In this document: positions 29,150 through 43,960 of the stretch, piece by piece
How positions within the stretch are numbered: position 1 is the stretch's first letter
How the letters are laid out: the number at the start of each line of letters is the position of its first letter
Source of the DNA: Eledone cirrhosa
Lineage: Eukaryota
DNA length: 64,000 nt
Assembly (NCBI GenBank): GCA_964016885.1
Contig: OZ024757.1
Coordinates: forward strand, 41,168,001-41,232,000
Direction of reading: 5' to 3'
Program-made: the position numbers and the translations under genes
The notes under the pieces: model-generated
What the model was told of the DNA's origin: nothing
Database searches by the model: none
The model's input: only the letters and a program-made list of their open reading frames with translations

Positions 29150-29488
29150 TTATTCTTAGACTCTCAGTCATTGATGTTATTTAACTGAAAAGTTTGTTCA
29201 AATGATTACCAAGCTGCTACCTGCAGCCTCAGATATTCAGGACGTATTAGAGGGTTCTTGCTGTTCCCAGCAAGCATGCCTTTTGAAGTGTTCCAAAAAA
29301 GGGGGCTGGACTAATGGTCTTTAACCATCCTTGAAAACTCTTCAAGATGGTACCTAGTGACGACCTTGATCTCAAGATAGTCCCAAATCCTTTTAAACTC
29401 CCACTTTAAATCCTGGTATCGGTTAATTTTCTCCTTCTCCTTTTCTTGCACTCGAGTCAAAGAGCCACGCTACATCTACAATCAGGCA
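29150..29488 (-). mobile_element. R4/Dong 3' fragment, same family as 57293-58192
   Basis: Clear nucleotide match to ~57293-57648 (CTCAGTCATTGATGTTATTTAACTG...CAGCAAGCATGCCTTTTGAAGTGTTCC...CTACATCTACAATCAGGCA) with a short internal deletion. Its 3' end abuts the (TTA)n tail of a SINE. Confidence 0.85.
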
Positions 29489-30045
29489 TATTGACCCCCC
29501 CGCCTTCCTTAGGTCAGGAAGAGCAGCCAATTTTCCTCTGGCTGGTGGCAGTTGCGAAAGAGGTTATATGGTGGACCAGGTTGAAAGGACTGAAGACAGA
29601 CACTTTTCTCTTCGGCCAATCCCTCATCAACTTCTTCAAGTTTCACCTGGAAAGGAAGGTGAGGGAGGAGAGAGAAGTGCTGCCCCTCAGTACATTTGCT
29701 AAATGGTGGGTGAATGTGGCGAGAATGGCCCGTGTGAATGGGCCTACTCTGACCATGCGCCTATAGGCTAGCTAACTTGAGGAGAGGAGTGCTCTCCCTG
29801 GGTGCCCTAGAAGCGCAGGGTGGTTCAGGATTGGTGGGGTACCCGAGTCACCCCAGAGTCGTCCACCCTCTATCGGGGATTTTATTTTGTTATATTTATG
29901 CATAGTTTATTTTATATTTTTATATCTTCATTGTTAAATTAGTCTTGCCATTGTACACTTTTACTCAACCTTATTGTAAACCCCCACTGCCCCTGTCTTT
30001 GTATTGTCCCCTACATGTCGGCCCTTGTGGCTAATAAATGAAATC
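29489..30045 (+). mobile_element. L1/Tx1-like LINE 3' end (ORF2 C-terminus plus 3' UTR)
   Basis: The ORF 29446..29766 contains LVAVAKEVIWWTR...FFKFHLERKVREER...FAKWW, resembling the Tx1-type C-terminal AKxxIWxxR motif. The UTR ends in GGCTAATAAATGAAATC, and a second copy of this UTR lies at 2692-2880. Confidence 0.7.
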
Positions 30046-30445
30046 AATTCTAAATTTATATTTCCTCCAAATAAACAATGACAAAATATACAAGTTCATG
30101 ATGAGGATGCTAAAATTATGCTAATGATGCTGATGACGATGATGATGATAATAATATTAATACAAAATTACTAATCAAGGAAATTTGCATATTCATAATT
30201 TCTTTTATTTTTTTCATTTGGTCTGTGTGAAGAAGAAATGTATCATTTTACTTATCGATTAGTTTGTTTGGTTCATTTATTTTTGGCAGCGGCGGCGGAG
30301 GAGGTGTGGGGGTGGTGTGGTGTAGGGGGTGGGGTAGGAGAGATTTCATTGATTATTAAAAAAAAGTAGTAGCAGACTTTGGCAAAAAATGTCCTTCAAG
30401 AAAGAAATATTAATGAATAGATCTGAGTAGTAGAATGTATATTGA

Positions 30446-30623
30446 ATTGGCAGTATCGGTAGAGGGTTGGATGCCATGCTTTCTAACATAGTTACGTCCC
30501 TTTACAGTCTGAGTTCAAATCCCGTCGAGGTTAACTTTGCCTTCACCCTTACGGGGTCATAAAATAAAGTACCAGTAATGTACTGGGTAATTGCTGGCCT
30601 TGTGCCAAAAGTAGAAACAATTA
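30446..30623 (+). mobile_element. SINE family A
   Basis: ATTGGCAGTATCGGTAGAG...GAGTTCAAATCC...GTGCCAAAAGTAGAAAC. Confidence 0.88.
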
Positions 30624-30781
30624 TATATATACAATGTTGAGTTGCAACATTGTTTTGGTTCTGTTTTATTGGTTATTGTCATTAGAGTGTGGCCCTTGTT
30701 AAGGGAGAAATCTACTTTAACCCCTTTAAAATACCGAGCCCCATGAAACTACCCTGGTTTTATGATACACAGCTACTTATG

Positions 30782-30844
<63 letters not shown>

Positions 30845-31044
30845 GAATCGATCGACTTTCGTCAAATCGGACCGAGGAAACAATGTTTCCATTGGTGTTT
30901 CCAATTGCTAATACTATCTTTTAAAGGGAGACAACTCTTTATCCACCTACCCTTCACTCTTTGACATTAGAAATAGAATGGAATTTCTATACTATTTCCT
31001 GTCAGCATGACTTGGCAAGCTAATTAGAACACTGGATTAACCCC

Positions 31045-31100
31045 TTTATTTCCCTCTGAAGAAGAGATATTATCTCGAAATATCAGGATATTCAAATAAA
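31045..31100 (+). ncRNA. Putative minimal type I hammerhead ribozyme
   Basis: CCT-CTGAAGA(31056-31062)-A-GAGAT att ATCTC-GAAA(31077-31080)-TATC-AGG. This gives a 5-bp stem II, palindromic ATAT stem III and an AUC triplet. Stem I is CCT/AGG, extended by TTTATTT/AAATAAA. Confidence 0.55.
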
Positions 31101-31361
31101 TTTAAGGTAAAAGACTAATTATCAGTGATATCTTTTGTATTTGTATTTATATTCTATATCCATACCTGCGTTGTTCTGGTCTTCTAACGTTTATATATAT
31201 ATATATATATATATACATTGAGATAGAAAATGGAAGTCACCATGATATATTTGACTGTATATAGTCTAATAATGGGACATATAAATTCTAAACATTGCTT
31301 GCCTTGTTTCAAACATACTTCCTTTATATATATATACACACACACATATATATATGTGCAC

Positions 31362-31413
<52 letters not shown>

Positions 31414-31689
31414 CTATATGCAGTTATTTGAGTACAGATGTATAATGTCTGCCAAAAAAAAAGAAGCATTTTTATAAAATAACCTTTAATGAAAGTTTAT
31501 TTTTTCAAAAAAACTAACAAGAAATGTTGATCGCAATTGTTTGAACTAGACGTATCTTATGGTCTACTAAGTTGTTGTTGTTTTTTTTCATGTGGGGAGG
31601 GTGAATATATCTGTACAAACAAACAAATAAATATATATATCTGTGTATATATGTGTATGTATGTATGCATGTGTGTGTGTGTTTGTATC

Positions 31690-34143
<2,454 letters not shown>

Positions 34144-34144
34144 G

Positions 34145-34483
34145 TACGATATTAAACAAATGGAAACTATATTTATAAAACCATATTTATTTCATTATAC
34201 TTATTTCGGGGATACCATATTAAAAATATGGCATGCCTTCTTCAGATAAAATACAATATATAAACAGTTTTATAAATAATTTTGACGTACCATAAATATT
34301 GATCAACTTTTATGTAAGAAGTTGATCAATATTTATGGTACGTCAGAATTATTTATAAAACTGTTTATATATTGTATTTTATCTGAAGAAGGCATGCCAT
34401 ATTTTTAATATGGTATCCCCGAAATATGTATAATGAAATAAATATGGTTTTATAAATATAGTTTCCATTTGTTTAATATCGTA
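34145..34483. repeat. Near-perfect fold-back palindrome (165-bp arms, 9-nt loop) carrying a hammerhead-like core in each arm
   Basis: 34145-34309 is the reverse complement of 34319-34483 with very few mismatches. CTGAAGA (34383-34389), a 12-13 bp hairpin and GAAA (34421-34424) lie in the right arm. Confidence 0.9.
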
Positions 34484-36060
34484 TATCTACTCCAAACCTT
34501 GTTGAGTGCTTTATATCAGTTATAAAATATTTACTTGTTGTAACCCAACAATTTTAAATAAAACTTTTGCATGTATATATGTATATATGTATGTATATAT
34601 GTATATATGTTTGGATATATGTATATATGTATGTATATATGTATGTATATATGTATATATGTATGTATATATGTATGTATATATGTATGTATATATGTAT
34701 GTATGTATATATGTATATATGTATGTATATATGTATATATGTATATATGTATGTATATATGTATATATATATGTATATATGTATATATATATATATGTGT
34801 ATATATATATATATATGTATTGTCTTTGTGTGTGTAAATATTCATTTATATATATACATATATATACACACATATATGTATGTATATTCACAGACACACA
34901 TATATATATATATTTACATGTATATATACATACATGTATATATACATACATATATACATACATATATGTATATATATATATATTTTTTTTTTTTCATACA
35001 TATATATATATCACTCACAAACTGAACGTAGGTATGATGTTTGTGCATTAAATATTCATACTTATCCCCTACCCCACCCCCTCCTGTTTCTCTCAAGTCA
35101 TAGAAATCTCACAAACATCAGTTTTTTGCTTCTTTCTTAGTTTTCCTTGTCTATTACTCCTACTTTTCTAAAGTTTGCCCATTTTTTTTTTAGTTTTTAA
35201 TTATTTTTACTTTAATATTTTTATTACTTTAATATTTTTATTATTTTTACTTTAATATTTTACAAGGCCCCCACCTCTCCCCCTCAGCCCCCTCCTTATT
35301 TTCATAAAAACTTTCTTCATTCTGGCCACATTCCATCTTCGGTTGTTTTTTTTTTCTGGTCTGTCTTTGTCTATTTTTGTTAATTTTTGCAATTTTTTTT
35401 CATTTTAAATATTTTTCCAGTATTTCATTTTTTTGTTTTTGTTTTTTTTTTAGTAGATTTATTTTGATAACTCTTTACAGGGGCTTTGTCTTATTTTATT
35501 TGTTTATATTTATATTTATTTATTTTATTTATTTAGGGGTCAGCGGGGTTTACTTTGTCCTTTTGTTTATAACTAATATTATTCATATTATCATCATCAT
35601 CACTATCATAATTGTTGTTCATCATCACCATCATCATAACTATTGTTGATCATCATTATCATCATTATCATCATCATCATCATAAATTTACTGTCAACAT
35701 AACCAACAGACCCCCCCCTCCCCGCCACACACCTCTACATTCTGCTTGCTCCATCACATCCACCTACCCCATCACAATTATATTTTATGCATCGCACAGA
35801 CACTCATATTTGAATATTCAAATATATATATATATATACACACAGACATACCTATATATATATATATACACACGCACACACATATATATACATATAATAT
35901 ATACACATATATTATATACACACACATATATATATACACATATAATATATACACATATATTATATACACACACACACATATATATATATATACACATATA
36001 ATATATACACATATATTATATACACACACACATATATATATATACATATAATATATAGAC

Positions 36061-36137
<77 letters not shown>

Positions 36138-36719
36138 ATATATATATATATATATATATATATCCATATATATATATATATATATATATATCCATATATA
36201 TATATATATATATATATCCATATATATATATATATATACATATATATAAATATATTGGAGTTAGACCAGATGTTACAAATTTTATTTAAATAAACAACAG
36301 CTACAAAAAATTAACAATAGAGTTAAAATCTTTGAAATTAAAGAGAACATATCTTAATATTCCTATTTCTTATTTTATTTGTTTTAAATCAAAATTTGTG
36401 AAGAATACCATCGTTAGTGACAGGTTAGTGATGTGCCAATCCCCAGATCACTTTATTTATAACAACAATGACAACTTGTATCTGAGGTTAACTCAGTACA
36501 GAATTATATACTGCAATAGATTTATATTCATATATATTTTGTTAAAAGCTGAAGCTTTTTTAATAGATAAATATATGAAATGTAACAGATTATTTTTTCA
36601 AACAATGATAAAATCTCAGTATACTGTAAACCAATCATATTTAGATAGGTTTTGTGAATAGTTTTGCTTATATATTTTCTCAATATTGATGTTCTTAAAC
36701 AAGTCTAGTACAGGCCTCA

Positions 36720-36791
<72 letters not shown>

Positions 36792-36799
36792 CTATCTAT

Positions 36800-37215
36800 C
36801 TAGGGCGGGTAAAATTCCCGAGATCCATGGACGAGTGGTCTCTGTGCCTCATTATCGCTGCCATGTCCTGCGTCTCCAACAGACCAGTGTCTGTCCTTAA
36901 GGAATCAACATACGTTAACCTTGGTCTTCCTCTTCCAGTGTGTTCATGTAGGGGCTCCCACGGGAGCACTGAGTGCAATGTCAACTCTGGATGTCGGTGA
37001 GCATGTCCAGCTAACCTCATTCTCCTCTGTGTCACTTTTGAGCTGACTTTTGGGAGGCTCCCATACAGCTCTGAGTTTTTCAACCTCAGTGTATACTGAT
37101 TAATGTTCAGAGCCATCCTCAGCATTCTCGTGTAGCACCCATCCACCATCTGAGTGAGTTTCTTGGTCAGTGTTCAAGTCTCAGACCCGTACAGCAGCAC
37201 AGACTCCACTCCAGC
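36800..37215 (-). mobile_element. RTE-type LINE 3' fragment (family distinct from 8825-11490)
   Basis: Reads VESVLLYGSET (frameshift) ..DGCYTRMLRMALN...RRMRLAGHAHRHPE...GRGRPRLTYVD, which are RTE C-terminal motifs. Confidence 0.85.
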
Positions 37216-37247
37216 AATGTATATATATATATATATATATATATATG

Positions 37248-37575
37248 CTCTTTTACCTGTTCCATGCTGGGGCATTGCCGTTGTTGCTTCACTTTCTATA
37301 TCCAACCTGCATTGGCTGGCCATTGATGTAGGAGAGAATTTGTTGTTGCTGCCCTTAGGTTACCTTCATTCTGTGCTGTGGGTTCATCTGGGATCCTGGA
37401 TAGCAGAGTATCAAGATGTTTCTTGAAAATATCCATGTCTACACCATGAAGATCTCTCAAGTTTCTTGGCCACTTATTAAAGAGTTGGAGGTCTTTTAAC
37501 CCCAGGCTTTGCAATATCTGCTCCTTCCTTACTCTAAATGTGAAAGATGGGACCTTTGGCAAATCAACCACCTTA
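37248..37575 (-). mobile_element. CR1-like LINE 3' terminal fragment
   Basis: The ORF 37296..37634 includes LFNKWPRNLRDLHGVDMDIFKKHLDTLLSRIPDEP...RAATTNSL, the typical CR1-type ORF2 end (LFN.LP...FK..LD..L..PDEP). Confidence 0.8.
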
Positions 37576-37577
37576 AA

Positions 37578-37797
37578 TATAATAGTTTTTGATTTAGGCA
37601 CAAGGCCAGCAATTTGAGGGGAGGGGAAAGTCAATTAAACCAACCCCAGTGCGAGACTGGTACTTTATTTTATCAACCCAGTAAGAATGAAAAGCAAAGC
37701 TAACCTCAGCAGGATTTGAACTCAGATCATAAAGGGACATAACCCTGTACAATAAAGCATATTTTCCGATACTCTAACAATACAGCCAACCAGCCGC
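37578..37797 (-). mobile_element. SINE family A
   Basis: TTAGGCACAAGGCCAGC...ACTGGTACTTTATTTTATC...GGATTTGAACTCAG...CAGCCGCC. Confidence 0.82.
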
Positions 37798-39964
37798 CAT
37801 TGATATAGTGACAATATTAATAATTCTTTGTTACTATTTATGTCTGAAGTTCTGATATTCATATTATTTCTGCTTCTACATTCATATAATATATCTTAAA
37901 TTGTACATCACTGAAGTATGAACTTCTCTCTTCTCATTCTTTTTATATAATCTCTGTTCAGCCAGCCATTTCTTCTCACCATTCATCTAATCAAATCGTT
38001 AATCATCTCGTCTTTATCTCTATATTCCTCAACATTTACCCACCTTCATGCATTTCATTTTTATTTCATCTCTCGAAGACTAAAGAATCAATTTAGTTTT
38101 CGTCTAATCAGCTTTTCTTTCACCAGTCAATGATATAATTAAATGTTTTCTTGTCTTTTCACGTCGTTCTTATAGTTTTATCTATCCTTTCGTCTCTCCT
38201 ACTCATCCTCCTCAATTATTCTATTTCCTTTCAGATTTTACACATCTCTCTCCCTCTCTCCTCTCTCCTCTCCTCTCTCTCTCCTACCCTCACTCCTCTC
38301 TCTCTCTCTTCTACCCTCTCTCGGTTGTCTTCAGATTAATTTTTGCTCTTCTTTTATCATCAGCAGTGTTATAGCTGTTGTTGTGGTGGTTGTTTGTTGG
38401 TAGTTGGCTGTTGAAGATGATGATGATGATGATGATAATGATGGTGGTGGTGGTGGTGATGATGGTGGTAATAATAATGGTGGTGGTGATGATGGTGGTG
38501 ATGGTGGTGATGATGGTGGTGATGATGGTGATGATGGTGGTGATGGTAATGATGATGATGGTGGTGGTGGTGGTAGTTGTGGCTGTGGTGGTGGTGGTGG
38601 TATACACCAGGTTTCAATTAAGATTGGGAATATAAAGGAGAAGTTTATGTTTCCATCTATTATGGAGTAAGTCTTACAATCTCAACTTGTTTGTAAGGTG
38701 CCAAGGGTTGAGTCAGTATTCCTGAGCTGGGCAGAGGGGTGAGCTCTTGCAGGCTTACAAAATGGCTTAACTCTTTAGCATTTACATTACTCTATATATA
38801 CTATTGTATTTTCACAGTAAAGGCTTTAACTCACATAGTATCAAAATCTATGAGATTTTGATATTATTTATTTCAAGAACAATACCTTAACATCAGTATG
38901 GAAATGTAAAGAGGGTTTTGTTTACATCTATTATAGAGTATAGAGTAAGTCTTACAATCTAAACTATATGATACAATGGACATCTTCCTATGTATTGAGC
39001 ACACCTATGATTGGTAGTCCCCTTGGTCTCAGGTAAATGCTGCCACAAGTACAAGTAAGTAGAGCTAAGTATGAGACAATAGGCCATGTTTCATTAAGTT
39101 TGGCAATGTAAAGGAGAACTTTATGTTTGCATCTATTATAGTGTATAGAGTAAGTCTTACAATCTTAACTGTATGAGACAACGGACAGGGTTTCATTAAA
39201 TTAAAGACACACTAGATAATCATTGTTAGTTGTACAAAAATATTGACAATCCTGAACCACAATCTAAAATCTAATGATGCAATTGAAGGAGCTGTGTAAA
39301 CATTTCAATTTACAAGAGTCCAGTAACTGGAAAGTTTAATGAGTATTTGTTAAAGGTTATATTTTCAACGATTGCAGGGCATCAGGTACAAGTGAATTAT
39401 TTCCAACAGGGAAATTGCTTGGCAGACAATTAAGAATAGCTGTAAACTTTATTTATGAGGCAGGACAAATGGTTCGTTATAAGAACTATACAATGAATTT
39501 CACAGCAACGCAACATGCACTCTTATCTCATCGATGTTTCAATGCTGGCTGAACAAGCCTTCGATTAAATAAGAAGAAGAAAATGCTCAGTTAGTGTCAA
39601 CTGAACAAATAGCTTCCTAATATATTTCCCCTCAAGCAACATCTGCTAATCACGATCTTAGTTTTGATACAATAGATAAAAGTAATAATGTCAAGGAAAC
39701 TAGTAATGTTGTTCTACTAAGTTGAAATGTCCATCTTCTTTATCACCTACAGAGTTACCACTTGATCATGTGATCCTGTGATCATGTGATTTCCTCAGGT
39801 GATATTTCTAACAGATAAACATCCCCAACTTCTTCAAATGTTACTACATTTAATATTTAACCCTTTTTATACCATTTTCTTAATGAAAAAAAGATCAATG
39901 ACATAAGACCAATACTTGAAAACTAAAATCAATACTGGTGTGATATGATCAATTAAAATCCCCT

Positions 39965-40315
39965 TTAATGTCTAAGAAACTAGTAATAGCATACACTATC
40001 ATCAATTCGGTAATCATGTCAACCCTTACCTATGGTCATGAATCTTGGGTAATGACCAAAACAATACGATCGCAAATACAAGCAGCCAAAATGGAATTCC
40101 TCCAAAGGGTCTTTGGAGTAACATTACTCAATAGAGTGCTTAGCTTGGAGGTCAGAAAGTCCTTCCAGGTAGAGCTGCTACTTCTCTGAATTGAGAGATC
40201 ACAGCTCTGTTATTATGGGCATGTGGTTAGAATGTGTCAGGAAAGAATCGTAGACAAATTTTACGGGTAAAACCAACCAGCAAGAGACCCAGGGTTAGAC
40301 CCCAAGCAAGATGAA
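39965..40315 (+). mobile_element. RTE (Expander/Rex3-like) LINE 3' fragment, degenerate
   Basis: Reads TLTYGHESWVMTKTIRSQIQAAKMEFLQRVFGVTLLNRV..LLL*IERSQLCYYGHVVRM..KRPRVRP, with an in-frame stop. Confidence 0.8.
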
Positions 40316-40334
40316 GTAGCAACTCTACTTGGAG

Positions 40335-40466
40335 TGATTCTCTCATCTCTGAGCTACGTGCTCTATTGAGTAACAATGTTCCAAAGATCCTTCGGAGGAA
40401 CCCTATTTCGGCTGCTTGTATTTGAAATCATATTCTTTAAGACATTACCCAAGATTCATGTCCATA
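40335..40466 (-). mobile_element. Inverted second copy of the adjacent RTE fragment
   Basis: GACATTACCCAAGATTCATGTCCATA (40441-40466) is the reverse complement of TATGGTCATGAATCTTGGGTAATGAC (40031-40056). Similarity extends over ~120 bp. Confidence 0.75.
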
Positions 40467-41780
40467 ATAAAAAAAAATATTATCACACCCTTATTAAAAT
40501 AAGTTATGAAATTATAAGAGATTTTAAATAACCAGAAACCCAAATAATGCTTTAAAAGAATTAAAACGTATTGGTGAATTTAAAAGTTTCAGTCTTAAAG
40601 ACATTCATCAGTGAATTGCTATCAATATTTATTCTTAATTGAATTTTTTTTTTTTTTCTATACCAGGAAATTTTTAACATTATTTAATAGTTGGACAGAA
40701 AATTTTGAAAATAAAACAGACTAAAATTCTTTATAAGCATTGTTTGGGCCTCTAACCATTTAAAATCTTTTTCTAAATATTGTCACCATGCTTTCAAAGG
40801 CATCCTTAAAGCTCAATTCATATATTCAAGTTATGAAATTATATTCAGACCCTGAGAGACAACAGGAAATGTGTTTTGGAATCCAATGTGTTAACTAACT
40901 TTTAGCATTTAAACTAGCTATATCCAGTCAGAATTCTTTCACCATTTTCTGTTCAAACTAGCTGTATCTGGCCAGAATTATTTCATCTCTTTCTGTTCAA
41001 ACCGGCTGTATCATAAAACTAGGGTTTGTTTTCATGCAGGCTGAATAAGGACTGGGATAGGGTTTTGAAGGGCAATGTTTGAATATTGGTCTTAATAAAC
41101 TTAACTAGTAACATCTCATTTTATCTCACTCTCTCTCCCCTCTCTCTCTCCCTATATATATATATGCTGTAATGTATATATATTCATGCATATATGTGTA
41201 TATAGATTTATATTCGAACACACAACCAATGTAAACCTAATATGACTGTACAGTTGCCTCCAGTGTTTTATTCGTTCTTTTTCAACTATATATATATGTG
41301 TGTATGAATAAATGTATATATAGATATACCTACCTACACATATATATATACACATACACATCATAATCATCATCATCATTTTATGTCCGCTTTTCCCTGC
41401 TTATATATATATATATACACATATATACATATATATACATATACATACATACATATATATATACACACATATATATCTGTCAGTTTGTATGTATATGTAT
41501 ACGTAACATATGCACCCAAGACACATCAATATAATCTTTTGAAGTTTAAGACCAAAAGCTATCATAAAAGGAAGATAATAGGAGAGAAGTAAAGAATTAT
41601 TAACAAGCAAAAGAGATAAGCATATTTCACAGGAAATGAAAGGATGTGTGAGCGAGAAGGCTGACCATTCACATCATTCTTTAATTTGTAAAACCTCTTA
41701 CTACAAATGTCTGCAAACTTTGGTATATGGCTATGTCTGTTATGTATATGACATACAGACCAGACTTCGATACCCATATG

Positions 41781-41818
<38 letters not shown>

Positions 41819-41823
41819 TATAT

Positions 41824-41865
<42 letters not shown>

Positions 41866-41884
41866 TATATATATATATATATAT

Positions 41885-42019
<135 letters not shown>

Positions 42020-42060
42020 TATATATATATATATATATAGGTATATATATATATATATAT

Positions 42061-42125
<65 letters not shown>

Positions 42126-42142
42126 TATATATATATATATAT

Positions 42143-42230
42143 AGGTGAGAATTAACAATGACTATAGAGAAGAATTTAGTGCAGAGGTGTCCATCAGGGC
42201 TCAATTCTTAGCCCACTCCTGTTAATTATC
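42143..42230 (+). mobile_element. Short internal RT fragment of RTE LINE
   Basis: GGTGAGAATTAACAATGACTATAG..GGTGTCCATCAGGGCTCAATTCTTAGCCC matches ~9892-9967 (GVHQGSVLSP region). Confidence 0.7.
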
Positions 42231-43032
42231 ATGGTGGTGACAGTGGTGGAGGTGGTGGTGGCATGGAGAGGTGGAGGGGTTGGTGGAGGTGGTGATGGCA
42301 TGGAGAGGTAGTGGTGGCGAAGCTGGTGACAGTCGTGGAGGGGGTTAGTGGAGGTGGTGGTGGCATGGAGAGGTGTTGGTGGTGGTGGCACGGAGAGGTG
42401 GTGGCAGTGGTGGAGGGAGTTGGTAGAGGTGGTCGTGGCATGGAGAGGTGGTGGTGGTGGTATGGAGAGATGGTGGTGGCGAGGGGGTTGGTAGAGTTGG
42501 TGGTAGCATGGAGAGGTGGTGGTGGCGAAGCTGGTGGCAGTGGTGGAGGGGGTTAGTGGAGGTGGTGGTGGCATGGAGAGGTGGTGGTGGCAAAGCTGGT
42601 GACAGTGGGGGAGGGGGTTAGTGGAGGTGGTGGTGGCATGGAGAGGTGGTGGTGGCGAGGCTGGTGACAGTGGTGGAGGGGTTAGTGGAGGTGGTGGTGG
42701 CATGGAGAGGTGTTGGTAGTGGTGGAGGTGGTGGTGGCATGGAAAGGTGGTGGTGGCGAGGCTGGTGACAGTGGTGGAGGGGGTTAGTGGAGGTGGTGGT
42801 GGCATGGAGAGGTGGTGGTGGCAAAGCTGGTGACAGTGGGGGAGGGGGTTAGTGGAGGTGGTGGTGGCATGGAGAGGTGGTGGTGGCGAGGCTGGTGACA
42901 GTGGTGGAGGGGTTAGTGGAGGTGGTGGTGGCATGGAGAGGTGTTGGTAGTGGTGGAGGTGGTGGTGGCATGGAAAGGTGGTGGTGGCGAGGCTGGTGAC
43001 AGTGGTGGAGGGGGTTAGTGGAGGTGGTGGTG
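42230..43032. repeat. GGT-rich minisatellite with 231-bp higher-order duplication
   Basis: Units GGTGGTGGCATGGAGAGG and GCTGGTGACAGTGG. CAAAGCTGGTGACAGTGGGGGAG occurs at 42591 and 42822. Confidence 0.9.
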
Positions 43033-43139
43033 TTCATGATAGATATGATGTGGAACATAATATTTCACATAAAACAGAAAGTAGACAATCACAGACACAA
43101 ACACACAGACACAGAAGCAGGCGTACTTTGGTAAGTTTA

Positions 43140-43421
43140 GTGACACACACACAGACACAGAGGCAGTCACACACACACAGTCACACACACACAGTCACAC
43201 ACAGGCAGTCACACACAGGCAGTCACACACAGACACAGAGGCAGTCACACACACACAGTCACACACACACAGTCACACACAGGCAGTCACACACAGACAC
43301 AGAGGCAGTCACACACACACAGTCACACACAGACACAGAGGCAGTCACACACACACACTCACACACACACACACACACATACACACACACACAGACACAG
43401 AGACAGTCACACACACACAGT

Positions 43422-43452
<31 letters not shown>

Positions 43453-43960
43453 ACACACAGTCACACACAGACACAGAGGCAGTCACACACACACACACAC
43501 ACACAGACATAGAGGCAGTCACACACACACACAGACACAGAGGCATTCACACACACTCAGTCACACACACACACAGACACAGAGGCATTCACACACACTC
43601 AGTCACACACACACAGACAGAGTCACAGAAGCAGTCACACACACACACACAATCACACACACACACACAGAGGCAGTCACACACACACAGTCACACACAC
43701 ACAGTCACACACACGCAGGCTGTCTCACACACACACATACACACACAGAAACAGTCACACACACACACACACAGACACACAGGCCATCACACAAACACAC
43801 AGACACAGACAAAAGCCATCACACACACACACACCTAAACACACACTCATACAGAGACTGTCACCCACCCACACACACATACATATACTGAGACAGTCAC
43901 ACAAGCACACACAAGCACACACACACAAACACACAGATACATTGGCAGATGCACACAAAC
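43140..43960. repeat. (CA)n-based minisatellite (CAGACACAGAGGCAGTCACACA)n
   Basis: Repeated AGAGGCAGTCACAC units. Confidence 0.9.

Noticed and set aside
39200-39720. Highly decayed Jockey-like LINE relic
   Set aside because: There is only a vague resemblance (ILNHNLKSNDAIEGAV) broken by many stops, which is not supportable without an HMM search.
43070-43136. Exon ending at a consensus GTAAGT donor (43131)
   Set aside because: It is embedded between simple repeats with no convincing polypyrimidine acceptor or meaningful peptide.
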